Positions 38,101 through 53,100 of a DNA stretch of 64,000 bases are shown here, piece after piece. Made by a program: the position numbers and the translations under genes. The stretch lies in NCBI GenBank assembly GCA_964016885.1, contig OZ024740.1:3720001-3784000 (forward strand). Direction: 5' to 3'. The stretch is from Eledone cirrhosa (taxonomy: Eukaryota). The notes below the pieces were generated by a model that was given only the letters and a program-made list of their open reading frames with translations, had not been told where the DNA came from and made no database searches. Position 1 is the first letter of the stretch, and each line of letters starts with the position of its first letter.

Positions 38101-41100
38101 CTAGAATTAATATATTTGGGGATTAACACTGCTAAAATTAATATATTTGGTGTGTAACACTGCTAGAATTAATATATTTGGGGATTAACACTGGTAGAAT
38201 TAATATATTTGGGGTTTAACATTGCTAGAATTAATATATTTGGGGTTTAACACTGCTAGAATTAATATATTTGGGGTTTAACACTGCTAGAATTAATATA
38301 TTTGGGGTTTAACACTGCTAGAATTAACATATTTGGGGATTAACACTGCTATAATTAAAATATTTAGGGGTTAACACTGCTAGAATTGATATATTTGGGG
38401 TTGAACCCTGCTAGAATTAATATATTTGGGGATTAACACTGCTAGAATTAATATATTTGGGGATTAATACTGCTAGAATTAATATATTTTGGGATTAACA
38501 CTGCTAGAATTAACATATTTGGGATTTAACACTGCTAGAATTAATATATTTGGGGATTAACACTGCTAGAAGTAACATATTAGGGGATTAACACTGCTAG
38601 AATTAATATATTTGGGGATTAACACTGCTAAAATTAATATATTTGGTGTGTAACACTGCTAGAATTAATATATTTGGGGATTAACACTGGTAGAATTAAT
38701 ATATTTGGGGTTTAACATTGCTAGAATTAATATATTTGGGGTTTAACACTGCTAGAATTAATATATTTGGGGTTTAACACTGCTAGAATTAATATATTAG
38801 GGGATTAACATGGCTAGAATTAATATATTTGGGGATTAACACTGCTAGAATTAATATATTTGGGGTTTAACACTGCTAGAATTAATATATTTGGGGATTA
38901 AAACTGCTAGAATTAATATATGGGGTTTAGCACTGCTAGAATTAATATATTTGGGGATTAACACTGCTAGAATTAATATATTTGGGGTTTAACACTGCTA
39001 GAATTAATATATTTGGGGTTTAACACTGCTAGAATTAATATATTTGGGGATTAACACTACTAGAATTAATATATTTGGGGATTAACACTGCTAGTATTAA
39101 TATATTTGTGGTTTAACACTGCTAGAATTAATATATTTGGGGATTAACACTGTTAGAATTAATATATTTAGTGTTTAACACTGCTAGAATTAATATATTT
39201 GGAGATTAACACTGCCATAATAAAAATATTTAGGGTTTAACACTGCTAGAATTAATATATTTGGGGATTAACACTGCTAGAATTAATATATTTGGGGTTT
39301 AACACTGCTAGAATTAATATATTTGGGGTTTAACACTGCTAGAATTAATATATTTGGGGATTAACACTGCTAGAATTAATATATTTGGGGATTAACACTG
39401 CTAGAATTAATATATTTGGGGATTAATACTGCTAGAATTAATATATTTGGGGATTAACACTGCTAGAATTAATATATTTGGGATTTAGCATTGCTAGAAT
39501 TAATATATTTGTGGATTAACACTGCTAGAATTAACATATTAGGGGATTAACACTGCTAGAATTAATATATTTGGGGATTAACACTGCTAGAATTAATATA
39601 TTTGGTGTGTAACACTCCTAGAATTAATATATTTGGGGATTAACACTGCTAGAATTAATATATTTTGGGTTTAAGATTGCTAGAATTAATATATTTGGGG
39701 TTTAACACTGCTAGAATTAATATATTTGGGGTTTAACACTGCTAGAATTAATATATTTGGGGTTTAACACTGCTAGAATTAATATATTTGGGGATTAACA
39801 CTGCTAGAATTAATATATTTTGGGTTTAAGATTGCTAGTATTAATATATTTGGGGTTTAACACTGCTAGAATTAATATATTTGGGGTTTAACACTGCTAG
39901 AATTAATATATTTGGGGTTTAACACTGCTAGAATTAATATATTTTGGGATTAACACTGCTAGAATTAACATATTTGGGATTTAACACTGCTAGAATTAAT
40001 ATATTTGGGGATTAACACTGTTAGAATTAATATATTTAGTGTTTAACACTGCTAGAATTAATATATTTGGAGATTAACACTGCCATAATAAAAATATTTA
40101 GGGTTTAACACTGCTAGAATTAATATATTTGGGGATTAACACTGCTAGAATTAATATATTTGGGGTTTAACACTGCTAGAATTAATATATTTGGGGTTTA
40201 ACACTGCTAGAATTAATATATTTGGGGATTAACACTGCTAGAATTAATATATTTGGGGTTTAACACTGCTAGAATTAATATATTTGGGGTTTAACACTGC
40301 TAGAATTAATATATTTGGGGATTAACACTGCTAGAATTAATATATTTGGCGTTTAACGCTGCTAGAATTAATATATTTGGGGATTAACGTTGCTAGAATT
40401 AATATATTTGGGGATTAACTCTGCTAGAATTAATATATTTGGGGATTAACTCTGCTAGAATTAATATATTTGGGGATTAACACTGCCATAATAAAAATAT
40501 TTAGGGTTTAACACTGCTAGAATTAATATATTTGGGGATTAACACTACTAGAAATAATACATTTGGGGATTAACACTGTTAGAATTAATATATTTTGGGA
40601 TTAACACTGCTAGAATTAATATATTTGGGGATTAACACTGCTAGAATTAATATATTTTGGGTTTAACACTGCTAGATTTAATATATTTGAGGATTAACAC
40701 TGCTAGAATTAATATATTTTGGGATTAACACTGCTAGAATTAATATATTTGGGGTTTAACACTGCTAGAATTAATATATTTTGGGTTTAACACTGCTAGA
40801 ATTGATATATTTTGGCTTTAACACTGCTAGAATTAACATATTTAGGGTTTAACACTGCTAGAATTAATATATTTGGGGATTAATACTGCTAGAATTAATA
40901 TATTTGGGGATTAACACTGCTAGAATTAATATATTTGGGATTTAGCATTGCTAGAATTAATATATTTGTGGATTAACACTGCTAGAATTAACATATTAGG
41001 GGATTAACACTGCTAGAATTAATATATTTGGGGATTAACACTGCTAGAATTAATATATTTGGTGTGTAACACTCCTAGAATTAATATATTTGGGGATTAA

Positions 41101-44100
41101 CACTGCTAGAATTAATATATTTTGGGTTTAAGATTGCTAGAATTAATATATTTGGGGTTTAACACTGCTAGAATTAATATATTTGGGGTTTAACACTGCT
41201 AGAATTAATATATTTGGGGTTTAACACTGCTAGAATTAATATATTTGGGGATTAACACTGCTAGAATTAATATATTTTGGGTTTAAGATTGCTAGAATTA
41301 ATATATTTGGGGTTTAACACTGCTAGAATTAATATATTTGGGGTTTAACACTGCTAGAATTAATATATTTGGGGTTTAACACTGCTAGAATTAATATATT
41401 TGGGGATTAACACTGCTAGAATTAATATATTTGGGGATTAACACTGCTAGTATTAATATATTTGGGGTTTAACACTGCTAGAATTAATATATTTGGGGTT
41501 TAACACTGCTAGAATTAATATATTTGGGGATTAACACTGTTAGAATTAATATATTTAGTGTTTAACACTGCTAGAATTAATATATTTGGGGATTAACACT
41601 GCCATAATAAAAATATTTAGGGTTTAACACTGCTAGAATTAATATATTTAGGGTTTAACATTGCTAGAATTAATATATTTGGGGATTAACACTGCTAGAA
41701 TTAATGTATTTGGGGATTAACACTGCTAGAATTAATATATTTGGGGATTAACACTGCTAAAATTAATATATTTGGGGTTTAACACTGCTAGAATTAATAT
41801 ATTTTGGGATTAACACTGCTAGAATTAACATATTTGGGATTTAACACTGCTAGAATTAATATATTTGGGGATTAACACTGCTAGAAGTAACATATTAGGG
41901 GATTAACACTGCTAGAATTAATATATTTGGGGATTAACACTGCTAAAATTAATATATTTGGTGTGTAACACTGCTAGAATTAATATATTTGGGGATTAAC
42001 ACTGGTAGAATTAATATATTTGGGGTTTAACATTGCTAGAATTAATATATTTGGGGTTTAACACTGCTAGAATTAATATATTTGGGGTTTAACACTGCTA
42101 GAATTAATATATTTGGGGATTAACACTTCTCAAATTAATATATTTGGGGTAACACTGCTAGAATTAATGTATTTGGGGATTAACACTGCTAGAATTAATA
42201 TATTTGGGGATTAACACTGCTAGAATTAATATATTTGGGGATTAATACTGCTAGAATTAATATATTTTGGGATTAACACTGCTAGAATTAACATATTTGG
42301 GATTTAACACTGCTAGAATTAATATATTTGGGGATTAACACTGCTAGAAGTAACATATTAGGGGATTAACACTGCTAGAATTAATATATTTGGGGATTAA
42401 CACTGCTAAAATTAATATATTTGGTGTGTAACACTGCTAGAATTAATATATTTGGGGATTAACACTGGTAGAATTAATATATTTGGGGTTTAACATTGCT
42501 AGAATTAATATATTTGGGGTTTAACACTGCTAGAATTAATATATTTGGGGTTTAACACTGCTAGAATTAATATATTAGGGGATTAACATGGCTAGAATTA
42601 ATATATTTGGGGATTAACACTGCTAGAATTAATATATTTGGGGTTTAACACTGCTAGAATTAATATATTTGGGGATTAAAACTGCTAGAATTAATATATG
42701 GGGTTTAGCACTGCTAGAATTAATATATTTGGGGATTAACACTGCTAGAATTAATATATTTGGGGTTTAACACTGCTAGAATTAATATATTTGGGGTTTA
42801 ACACTGCTAGAATTAATATATTTGGGGATTAACACTACTAGAATTAATATATTTGGGGATTAACACTGCTAGTATTAATATATTTGTGGTTTAACACTGC
42901 TAGAATTAATATATTTGGGGATTAACACTGTTAGAATTAATATATTTAGTGTTTAACACTGCTAGAATTAATATATTTGGAGATTAACACTGCCATAATA
43001 AAAATATTTAGGGTTTAACACTGCTAGAATTAATATATTTGGGGATTAACACTGCTAGAATTAATATATTTGGGGATTAATACTGCTAGAATTAATATAT
43101 TTTGGGATTAACACTGCTAGAATTAACATATTTGGGATTTAACACTGCTAGAATTAATATATTTGGGGATTAACACTGCTAGAAGTAACATATTAGGGGA
43201 TTAACACTGCTAGAATTAATATATTTGGGGATTAACACTGCTAAAATTAATATATTTGGTGTGTAACACTGCTAGAATTAATATATTTGGGGATTAACAC
43301 TGGTAGAATTAATATATTTGGGGTTTAACATTGCTAGAATTAATATATTTGGGGTTTAACACTGCTAGAATTAATATATTTGGGGTTTAACACTGCTAGA
43401 ATTAATATATTAGGGGATTAACATGGCTAGAATTAATATATTTGGGGATTAACACTGCTAGAATTAATATATTTGGGGTTTAACACTGCTAGAATTAATA
43501 TATTTGGGGATTAAAACTGCTAGAATTAATATATGGGGTTTAGCACTGCTAGAATTAATATATTTGGGGATTAACACTGCTAGAATTAATATATTTGGGG
43601 TTTAACACTGCTAGAATTAATATATTTGGGGTTTAACACTGCTAGAATTAACATATTTGGGGATTAACACTGCTATAATTAAAATATTTAGGGGTTAACA
43701 CTGCTAGAATTGATATATTTGGGGTTGAACCCTGCTAGAATTAATATATTTGGGGATTAACACTGCTAGAATTAATATATTTGGGGATTAATACTGCTAG
43801 AATTAATATATTTTGGGATTAACACTGCTAGAATTAACATATTTGGGATTTAACACTGCTAGAATTAATATATTTGGGGATTAACACTGCTAGAAGTAAC
43901 ATATTAGGGGATTAACACTGCTAGAATTAATATATTTGGGGATTAACACTGCTAAAATTAATATATTTGGTGTGTAACACTGCTAGAATTAATATATTTG
44001 GGGATTAACACTGGTAGAATTAATATATTTGGGGTTTAACATTGCTAGAATTAATATATTTGGGGTTTAACACTGCTAGAATTAATATATTTGGGGTTTA

Positions 44101-47100
44101 ACACTGCTAGAATTAATATATTAGGGGATTAACATGGCTAGAATTAATATATTTGGGGATTAACACTGCTAGAATTAATATATTTGGGGTTTAACACTGC
44201 TAGAATTAATATATTTGGGGATTAAAACTGCTAGAATTAATATATGGGGTTTAGCACTGCTAGAATTAATATATTTGGGGATTAACACTGCTAGAATTAA
44301 TATATTTGGGGTTTAACACTGCTAGAATTAATATATTTGGGGTTTAACACTGCTAGAATTAATATATTTGGGGATTAACACTACTAGAATTAATATATTT
44401 GGGGATTAACACTGCTAGTATTAATATATTTGTGGTTTAACACTGCTAGAATTAATATATTTGGGGATTAACACTGTTAGAATTAATATATTTAGTGTTT
44501 AACACTGCTAGAATTAATATATTTGGAGATTAACACTGCCATAATAAAAATATTTAGGGTTTAACACTGCTAGAATTAATATATTTGGGGATTAACACTG
44601 CTAGAATTAATATATTTGGGGTTTAACACTGCTAGAATTAATATATTTGGGGTTTAACACTGCTAGAATTAATATATTTGGGGATTAACACTGCTAGAAT
44701 TAATATATTTGGGGATTAACTATGCTAGAATTAATATATTTGGCGTTTAACACTTCTAGAATTAATATATTTGGGGATTAACACTGCTAGAATTAATATA
44801 TTTGGGGTTTAACACTGCTAGAATTAATATAATTGAGGATTAACACTGCTAGAATTAATATATTTTGGGATTAACACTGCTAGAATTAATATATTTGGGG
44901 TTTAACACAGCTAGAATTAATATATTTTGGGTTTAACACTGCTAGAATTAACATATTTGGGGTTTAACACTGCTAGAATTAATATATTTGAGGATTAACA
45001 CTGCTATAATTAAAATATTTAGGGTTTAACACTGCTAGGATTGATATATATGGGGTTGAACACTGCTAGAATTAATATGTTTGGGGATTAACACTGCTAG
45101 AATTAATATATTTAGGGATTAACACAGCTAGAATTAATATATTTGGAGTTTCACTCGGCTAGAATTAATATATTTGGGGTTTAACACTGCTAGAATTAAT
45201 ATATTTGGGGTTTAACACTGCTAGAATTAATATATTTGGTGTTTAACACTGCTACAATTAATATATTTGGGGATTAACACAGTTAGAATTCATATATTTG
45301 GAGTTTAACTCTGCTAGAATTAATATATTTGGGGTTTAACACTGCTAGAATTAATATATTTGGGGTTTAACACTGCTAGAATTAATATATTTGGGGTTTA
45401 ACACTGCTACTATTAATATAATTGAGGATTAACACTGCTAGAATTAATATATTTTGGGATTAACACTGCTAGAATTAATATATTTGGGGTTTAACACAGC
45501 TAGAATTAATATATTTTGGGTTTAACACTGCTAGAATTAACATATTTGGGGTTTAACACTGCTAGAATTAATATATTTGAGGATTAACACTGCTATAATT
45601 AAAATATTTAGGGTTTAACACTGCTAGGATTGATATATATGGGATTTAACATTGCTAGAATTAATATGTTTGGGGATTAACACTGCTAGAATTAATATAT
45701 TTAGGAATTAACACTGCTAGAATTAATATATTTGCGGTTTAACACTTCTAGAATTAATATATTTGGGGATTAACACTGCTAGAATTAATATATTTGGGGA
45801 TTAACACTGCTAGAATTAATATATTTGGCGTTTAACGCTGCTAGAATTAATATATTTGGGGATTAACGTTGCTAGAATTAATATATTTGGGGATTAACTC
45901 TGCTAGAATTAATATATTTGGGGATTAACACTGCCATAATAAAAATATTTAGGGTTTAACACTGCTAGAATTAATATATTTGGGGATTAACACTACTAGA
46001 AATAATACATTTGGGGATTAACACTGTTAGAATTAATATATTTTGGGATTAACACTGCTAGAATTAATATATTTGGGGATTAACACTGCTAGAATTAATA
46101 TATTTTGGGTTTAACACTGCTAGATTTAATATATTTGAGGATTAACACTGCTAGAATTAATATATTTTGGGATTAACACTGCTAGAATTAATATATTTGG
46201 GGTTTAACACTGCTAGAATTAATATATTTTGGGTTTAACACTGCTAGAATTGATATATTTTGGCTTTAACACTGCTAGAATTAACATATTTAGGGTTTAA
46301 CACTGCTAGAATTAATATATTTGGGGATTAATACTGCTAGAATTAATATATTTGGGGATTAACACTGCTAGAATTAATATATTTGGGATTTAGCATTGCT
46401 AGAATTAATATATTTGTGGATTAACACTGCTAGAATTAACATATTAGGGGATTAACACTGCTAGAATTAATATATTTGGGGATTAACACTGCTAGAATTA
46501 ATATATTTGGTGTGTAACACTCCTAGAATTAATATATTTGGGGATTAACACTGCTAGAATTAATATATTTTGGGTTTAAGATTGCTAGAATTAATATATT
46601 TGGGGTTTAACACTGCTAGAATTAATATATTTGGGGTTTAACACTGCTAGAATTAATATATTTGGGGTTTAACACTGCTAGAATTAATATATTTGGGGAT
46701 TAACACTGCTAGAATTAATATATTTGGGGATTAACACTGCTAGTATTAATATATTTGGGGTTTAACACTGCTAGAATTAATATATTTGGGGTTTAACACT
46801 GCTAGAATTAATATATTTGGGGATTAACACTGTTAGAATTAATATATTTAGTGTTTAACACTGCTAGAATTAATATATTTGGGGATTAACACTGCCATAA
46901 TAAAAATATTTAGGGTTTAACACTGCTAGAATTAATATATTTAGGGTTTAACATTGCTAGAATTAATATATTTGGGGATTAACACTGCTAGAATTAATGT
47001 ATTTGGGGATTAACACTGCTAGAATTAATATATTTGGGGATTAACACTGCTAAAATTAATATATTTGGGGTTTAACACTGCTAGAATTAATATATTTGGG

Positions 47101-50100
47101 GTTTAACACTGCTAGAATTAATACATTTGGGGATTAACACTGTTAGAATTAATATATTTTGGGATTAACACTGCTAGAATTAATATAATTGGGGATTAAC
47201 ACTGCTAGAATTAATATATTTGGGGTTTAACACTGCTAGGATTAATATATTTTGGGTTTAACACTGCTAGAATTAACATATTTGGGGATTAATACTGTTA
47301 GAATTAATATATTTGGGGATTAACACTGCTAGAATTAATATATTTGAGGATTAACACTGCTAGAATTAATATATTTGGGGATTAACGCTGCTAGAATTAA
47401 TATATTTGGGGATTAACACTTCTCAAATTAATATATTTGGGGTAACACTGCTGGAATTAATATATTTGGAGGTTAACACTGCTAGAATTAATATATTTGG
47501 GGATTAACACTGCTAGAATTAATATATTTTGGGATTAACACTGCTAGAATTAATATATTTAGGGTTTAACACTACTAGAATTAATATATTTGGGGATTAA
47601 CACTGCTAGAATTAATATATTTGGGGATTAACGCTGCTGGAATTAATATATTTGGAGATTAACGCTGCTAAAATTAATATATTTGGGGATTAACACTGCT
47701 AGAATTAATATATTTTGGGATTAACACTGCTAGAATTAATATATTTTGGGTTTAACACTGCTAGAATTAAAATATTTGGGGATTAACACTGCTATAATTA
47801 AAATATTTAGGGGTTAACACTGCTAGAATTGATATATTTGGGGTTGAACCCTGCTAGAATTAATATATTTGGGGATTAACACTGCTAGAATTAATATATT
47901 TGGGGATTAATACTGCTAGAATTAATATATTTTGGGATTAACACTGCTAGAATTAATATATTTGGGATTTAACACTGCTAGAATTAATATATTTGGGGAT
48001 TAACACTGCTAGAATTAACATATTAGGGGATTAACACTGCTAGAATTAATATATTTGGGGATTAACACTGCTAAAATTAATATATTTGGTGTGTAACACT
48101 GCTAGAATTAATATATTTGGGGATTAACACTGGTAGAATTAATATATTTGGGGTTTAACATTGCTAGAATTAATATATTTGGGGTTTAACACTGCTAGAA
48201 TTAATATATTTGGGGTTTAACACTGCTAGAATTAATATATTAGGGGATTAACATGGCTAGAATTAATATATTTGGGGATTAAAACTGCTAGAATTAATAT
48301 ATGGGGTTTAGCACTGCTAGAATTAATATATTTGGGGATTAACACTGCTAGAATTAATATATTTGGGGTTTAACACTGCTAGAATTAATATATTTGGGGT
48401 TTAACACTGCTAGAATTAATATATTTGGGGATTAACACTACTAGAATTAATATATTTGGGGATTAACACTGCTAGTATTAATATATTTGTGGTTTAACAC
48501 TGCTAGAATTAATATATTTGGGGATTAACACTGTTAGAATTAATATATTTAGTGTTTAACACTGCTAGAATTAATATATTTGGAGATTAACACTGCCATA
48601 ATAAAAATATTTAGGGTTTAACACTGCTAGAATTAATATATTTGGGGATTAACACTGCTAGAATTAATATATTTGGGGTTTAACACTGCTAGAATTAATA
48701 TATTTGGGGTTTAACACTGCTAGAATTAATATATTTGGGGATTAACACTGCTAGAATTAATATATTTGGGGATTAACACTGCTAGAATTAATATATTTGG
48801 CGTTTAACGCTGCTAGAATTAATATATTTGGGGATCAACACTACCAGAATTAATATATTTGGGGATTAACACTGCTCGAATTAATATATTTGGGGATTAA
48901 CACTGCTGGAATTAATATATTTGGAGATTAACACTGCTAGAATTAATATATTTGGGGATTAACACTGCTAGAATTAATATATTTGGGGATTAACACTGCC
49001 ATAATAAAAATATTTAGGGTTTAACACTGCTAGAATTAATATATTTGGGGTTGAACACTGCTAGAATTAATTTATTTGGCGATTAACACTGCTAGAATTA
49101 ATACATTTGGGGATTAACAGTTAGAATTAATATATTTTGGGATTAACACTTCTAGAATTAATATATTTGGGGATTAACACTGCTAGAATTAATATATTTG
49201 GGGTTTAACACTGCTAGAATTAATATAATTGAGGATTAACACTGCTAGAATTAATATATTTTGGGATTAACACTGCTAGAATTAATATATTTGGGGTTTA
49301 ACACAGCTAGAATTAATATATTTTGGGTTTAACACTGCTAGAATTAACATATTTGGGGTTTAACACTGCTATAATTAATATATTTGAAGATTAACACTGC
49401 TATAATTAAAATATTTAGGGTTTAACACTGCTAGGATTGATATATATGGGGTTGAACACTGCTAGAATTAATATGTTTGGGGATTAACACTGCTAGAATT
49501 AATATATTTAGGGATTAACACAGCTAGAATTAATATATTTGGAGTTTCACTCGGCTAGAATTAATATATTTGGGGTTTAACACTGCTAGAATTAATATAT
49601 TTGGGGTTTAACACTGCTAGAATTAATATATTTGGTGTTTAACACTGCTACAATTAATATATTTGGGGATTAACACAGTTAGAATTCATATATTTGGAGT
49701 TTAACTCTGCTAGAATTAATATATTTGGGGTTTAACACTGCTAGAATTAATATATTTGGGGTTTAACACTGCTAGAATTAATATATTTGGGGTTTAACAC
49801 TGCTACTATTAATATAGTTGGGTTTTAACATTGCTAGAATTAATATGTTTGGGGATTAACACTGCTAGAATTAATATATTTAGGAATTAACACTGCTAGA
49901 ATTAATATATTTGCGGTTTAACACTTCTAGAATTAATATATTTGGGGATTAACACTGCTAGAATTAATATATTTGGGGATTAACACTGCTAGAATTAATA
50001 TATTTGGCGTTTAACGCTGCTAGAATTAATATATTTGGGGATTAACGTTGCTAGAATTAATATATTTGGGGATTAACTCTGCTAGAATTAATATATTTGG

Positions 50101-53100
50101 GGATTAACACTGCCATAATAAAAATATTTAGGGTTTAACACTGCTAGAATTAATATATTTGGGGATTAACACTACTAGAAATAATACATTTGGTGATTAA
50201 CACTGTTAGAATTAATATATTTTGGGATTAACACTGCTAGAATTAATATATTTGGGGATTAACACTGCTAGAATTAATATATTTTGGGTTTAACACTGCT
50301 AGATTTAATATATTTGAGGATTAACACTGCTAGAATTAATATATTTTGGGATTAACACTGCTAGAATTAATATATTTGGGGTTTAACACTGCTAGAATTA
50401 ATATATTTTGGGTTTAACACTGCTAGAATTGATATATTTTGGCTTTAACACTGCTAGAATTAACATATTTAGGGTTTAACACTGCTAGAATTAATATATT
50501 TGGGGATTAATACTGCTAGAATTAATATATTTGGGGATTAACACTGCTAGAATTAATATATTTGGGATTTAGCATTGCTAGAATTAATATATTTGGGGAT
50601 TAACACTGCTAGAATTAACATATTAGGGGATTAACACTGCTAGAATTAATATATTTGGGGATTAACACTGCTAGAATTAATATATTTGGTGTGTAACACT
50701 CCTAGAATTATTATATTTGGGGATTAACACTGCTAGAATTAATATATTTGGGGTTTAAGATTGCTAGAATTAATATATTTGGGGTTTAACACTGCTAGAA
50801 TTAATATATTTGGGGTTTAACACTCCTAGAATTAATATATTTGGGGTTTAACACTGCTAGAATTAATATATTTGGGGATTAACACTGCTAGAATTAATAT
50901 ATTTGGGGATTAACACTGCTAGTATTAATATATTTGGGGTTTAACACTGCTAGAATTAATATATTTGGGGTTTAACACTGCTAGAATTAATATATTTGGG
51001 GATTAACACTGTTAGAATTAATATATTTAGTGTTTAACACTGCTAGAATTAATATATTTGGGGATTAACACTGCCATAATAAAAATATTTAGGGTTTAAC
51101 ACTGCTAGAATTAATATATTTGGGGATTAACACTGCTAGAATTAATATATTTGGTGATTAACACTGCTAGAATTAATATATTTGGCGTTTAACGCTGCTA
51201 GAATTAATATATTTGGGGATTAACACTGATAGAATTAATATATTTGGGGATTAACACTGCTAGAATTAATATATTTGGGGATTAACACTGCTGGAATTAA
51301 TATATTTGGAGATTAACACTGCTAGAATTAATATATTTGGGGATTAACATTGCTAGAATTAATATATTTGGGGATTAACACTGCTAGAATTAATATATCT
51401 GGCGTTTAACGGTGCTAGAATTAATATATTTGGGGATTAACATTGCTAGAATTAATATATTTGGGGATTAACACTGCTAGAATTAATATATTTGGGGATT
51501 AACACTGCTAGAATCAATATATTTGGCGTTTAACGCTGCTAGAATTAATATATTTGGGGATTAACATTGCTAGAATTAATATATTTGGGGATTAACACTG
51601 CTAGAATTAATATATTTGGGGAATAACACTGCCATAACAAAAATATTTAGGGTTTAACACTGTTAGAATTAATATATTTGGCGATTAACACTGCTAGAAT
51701 TAATACATTTGGGGATTAACACTGTTAGAATTAATATATTTTGGGATTAACACTTCTAGAATTAATATATTTGGGGATTAACACTGCTAGAATTAATATA
51801 TTTGGGGTTGAACACTGCTAGAATTAATACATTTGGGGATTAACACTGCTAGAATTAATATATTTAGGGATTAACACAGCTATAATTAATATATTTGGAG
51901 TTTAACTCTGCTAGAATTAATATATTTGGGGTTTATCACTGCTAGAATTAATATATTTGGGGTTTAACACTGCTAGAATTAATATATTTGGGGTTTAACA
52001 CTGCTACAATTAATATATTTTGGGATTAACACTGCTAGAATTAATATATTTGGGGATTAATACTGCTAGAAATAATATATTTGGGGATTAACGCTGCTAG
52101 AGTTAATATATTTGGGGTTTAACACTGCTAGAATTAATATATTTGGGGTTTAACACTGCTAGAATTAATATATTTGGGGTTTAACACTGCTGGAATTAAT
52201 ATATTTGGGGATTAACACTGCTAGAATTAATATAATTGGGGGTTAACACTGCTAGTATTAATATATTTGGGGTTTAACACTGCTAGAATTAATATATTTG
52301 GGGTTTAACACTGCTAGAATTAATATATTTGGGGATTAACACTGTTAGAATTAATATATTTAGTGTTTAACACTGCTAGAATTAATATATGTGGGGATTA
52401 ACACTGCCATAATAAAAATATTTAGGGTTTAACACTGCTAGAATTAATATATTTGGGGATTAACACTGTTAGAATTAATATATTTGGGGATTAACACTGC
52501 TAGAATTAATATATTTGGCGTTTAACTCTGCTAGAATTAATATATTTGGGGATTAACACTGACAGAATTAATATATTTGGGGATTAACACTGCTCGAATT
52601 AATATATTTGGGGATTAACACTGTTGGAATTAATATATTTGGAGATTAACACTGCTAGAATTAATATATTTGGAGATTAACATTGCTAGAATTAACATAT
52701 TTGGGGATTAACACTGCTAGAATTAATATATTTGGGGATTAACACTGCCATAATAAAAATATTTAGGGTTTAACACTGCTAGAATTAATATATTTGGCGA
52801 TTAACCCTGCTAGAATTAATACATTTGGGGATTAACACTGTTAGAATTAATATATTTTGGGATTAACACTTCTAGAATTAATATATTTGGGGATTAACAC
52901 TGCTAGAATTAATATATTTGGGGTTGAACACTGCTAGAAGTAATACATTTGGGGATTAACACTGCTAGAATTAATATATTTAGGGATTAACACATCTAGA
53001 ATTAATATATTTGGAGTTTAACTCTGCTAGAATTAATATATTTGGGGTTTAACACTGCTAGAATTAATATATTTGGTGTTTAACACTGCTAGAATTAATA

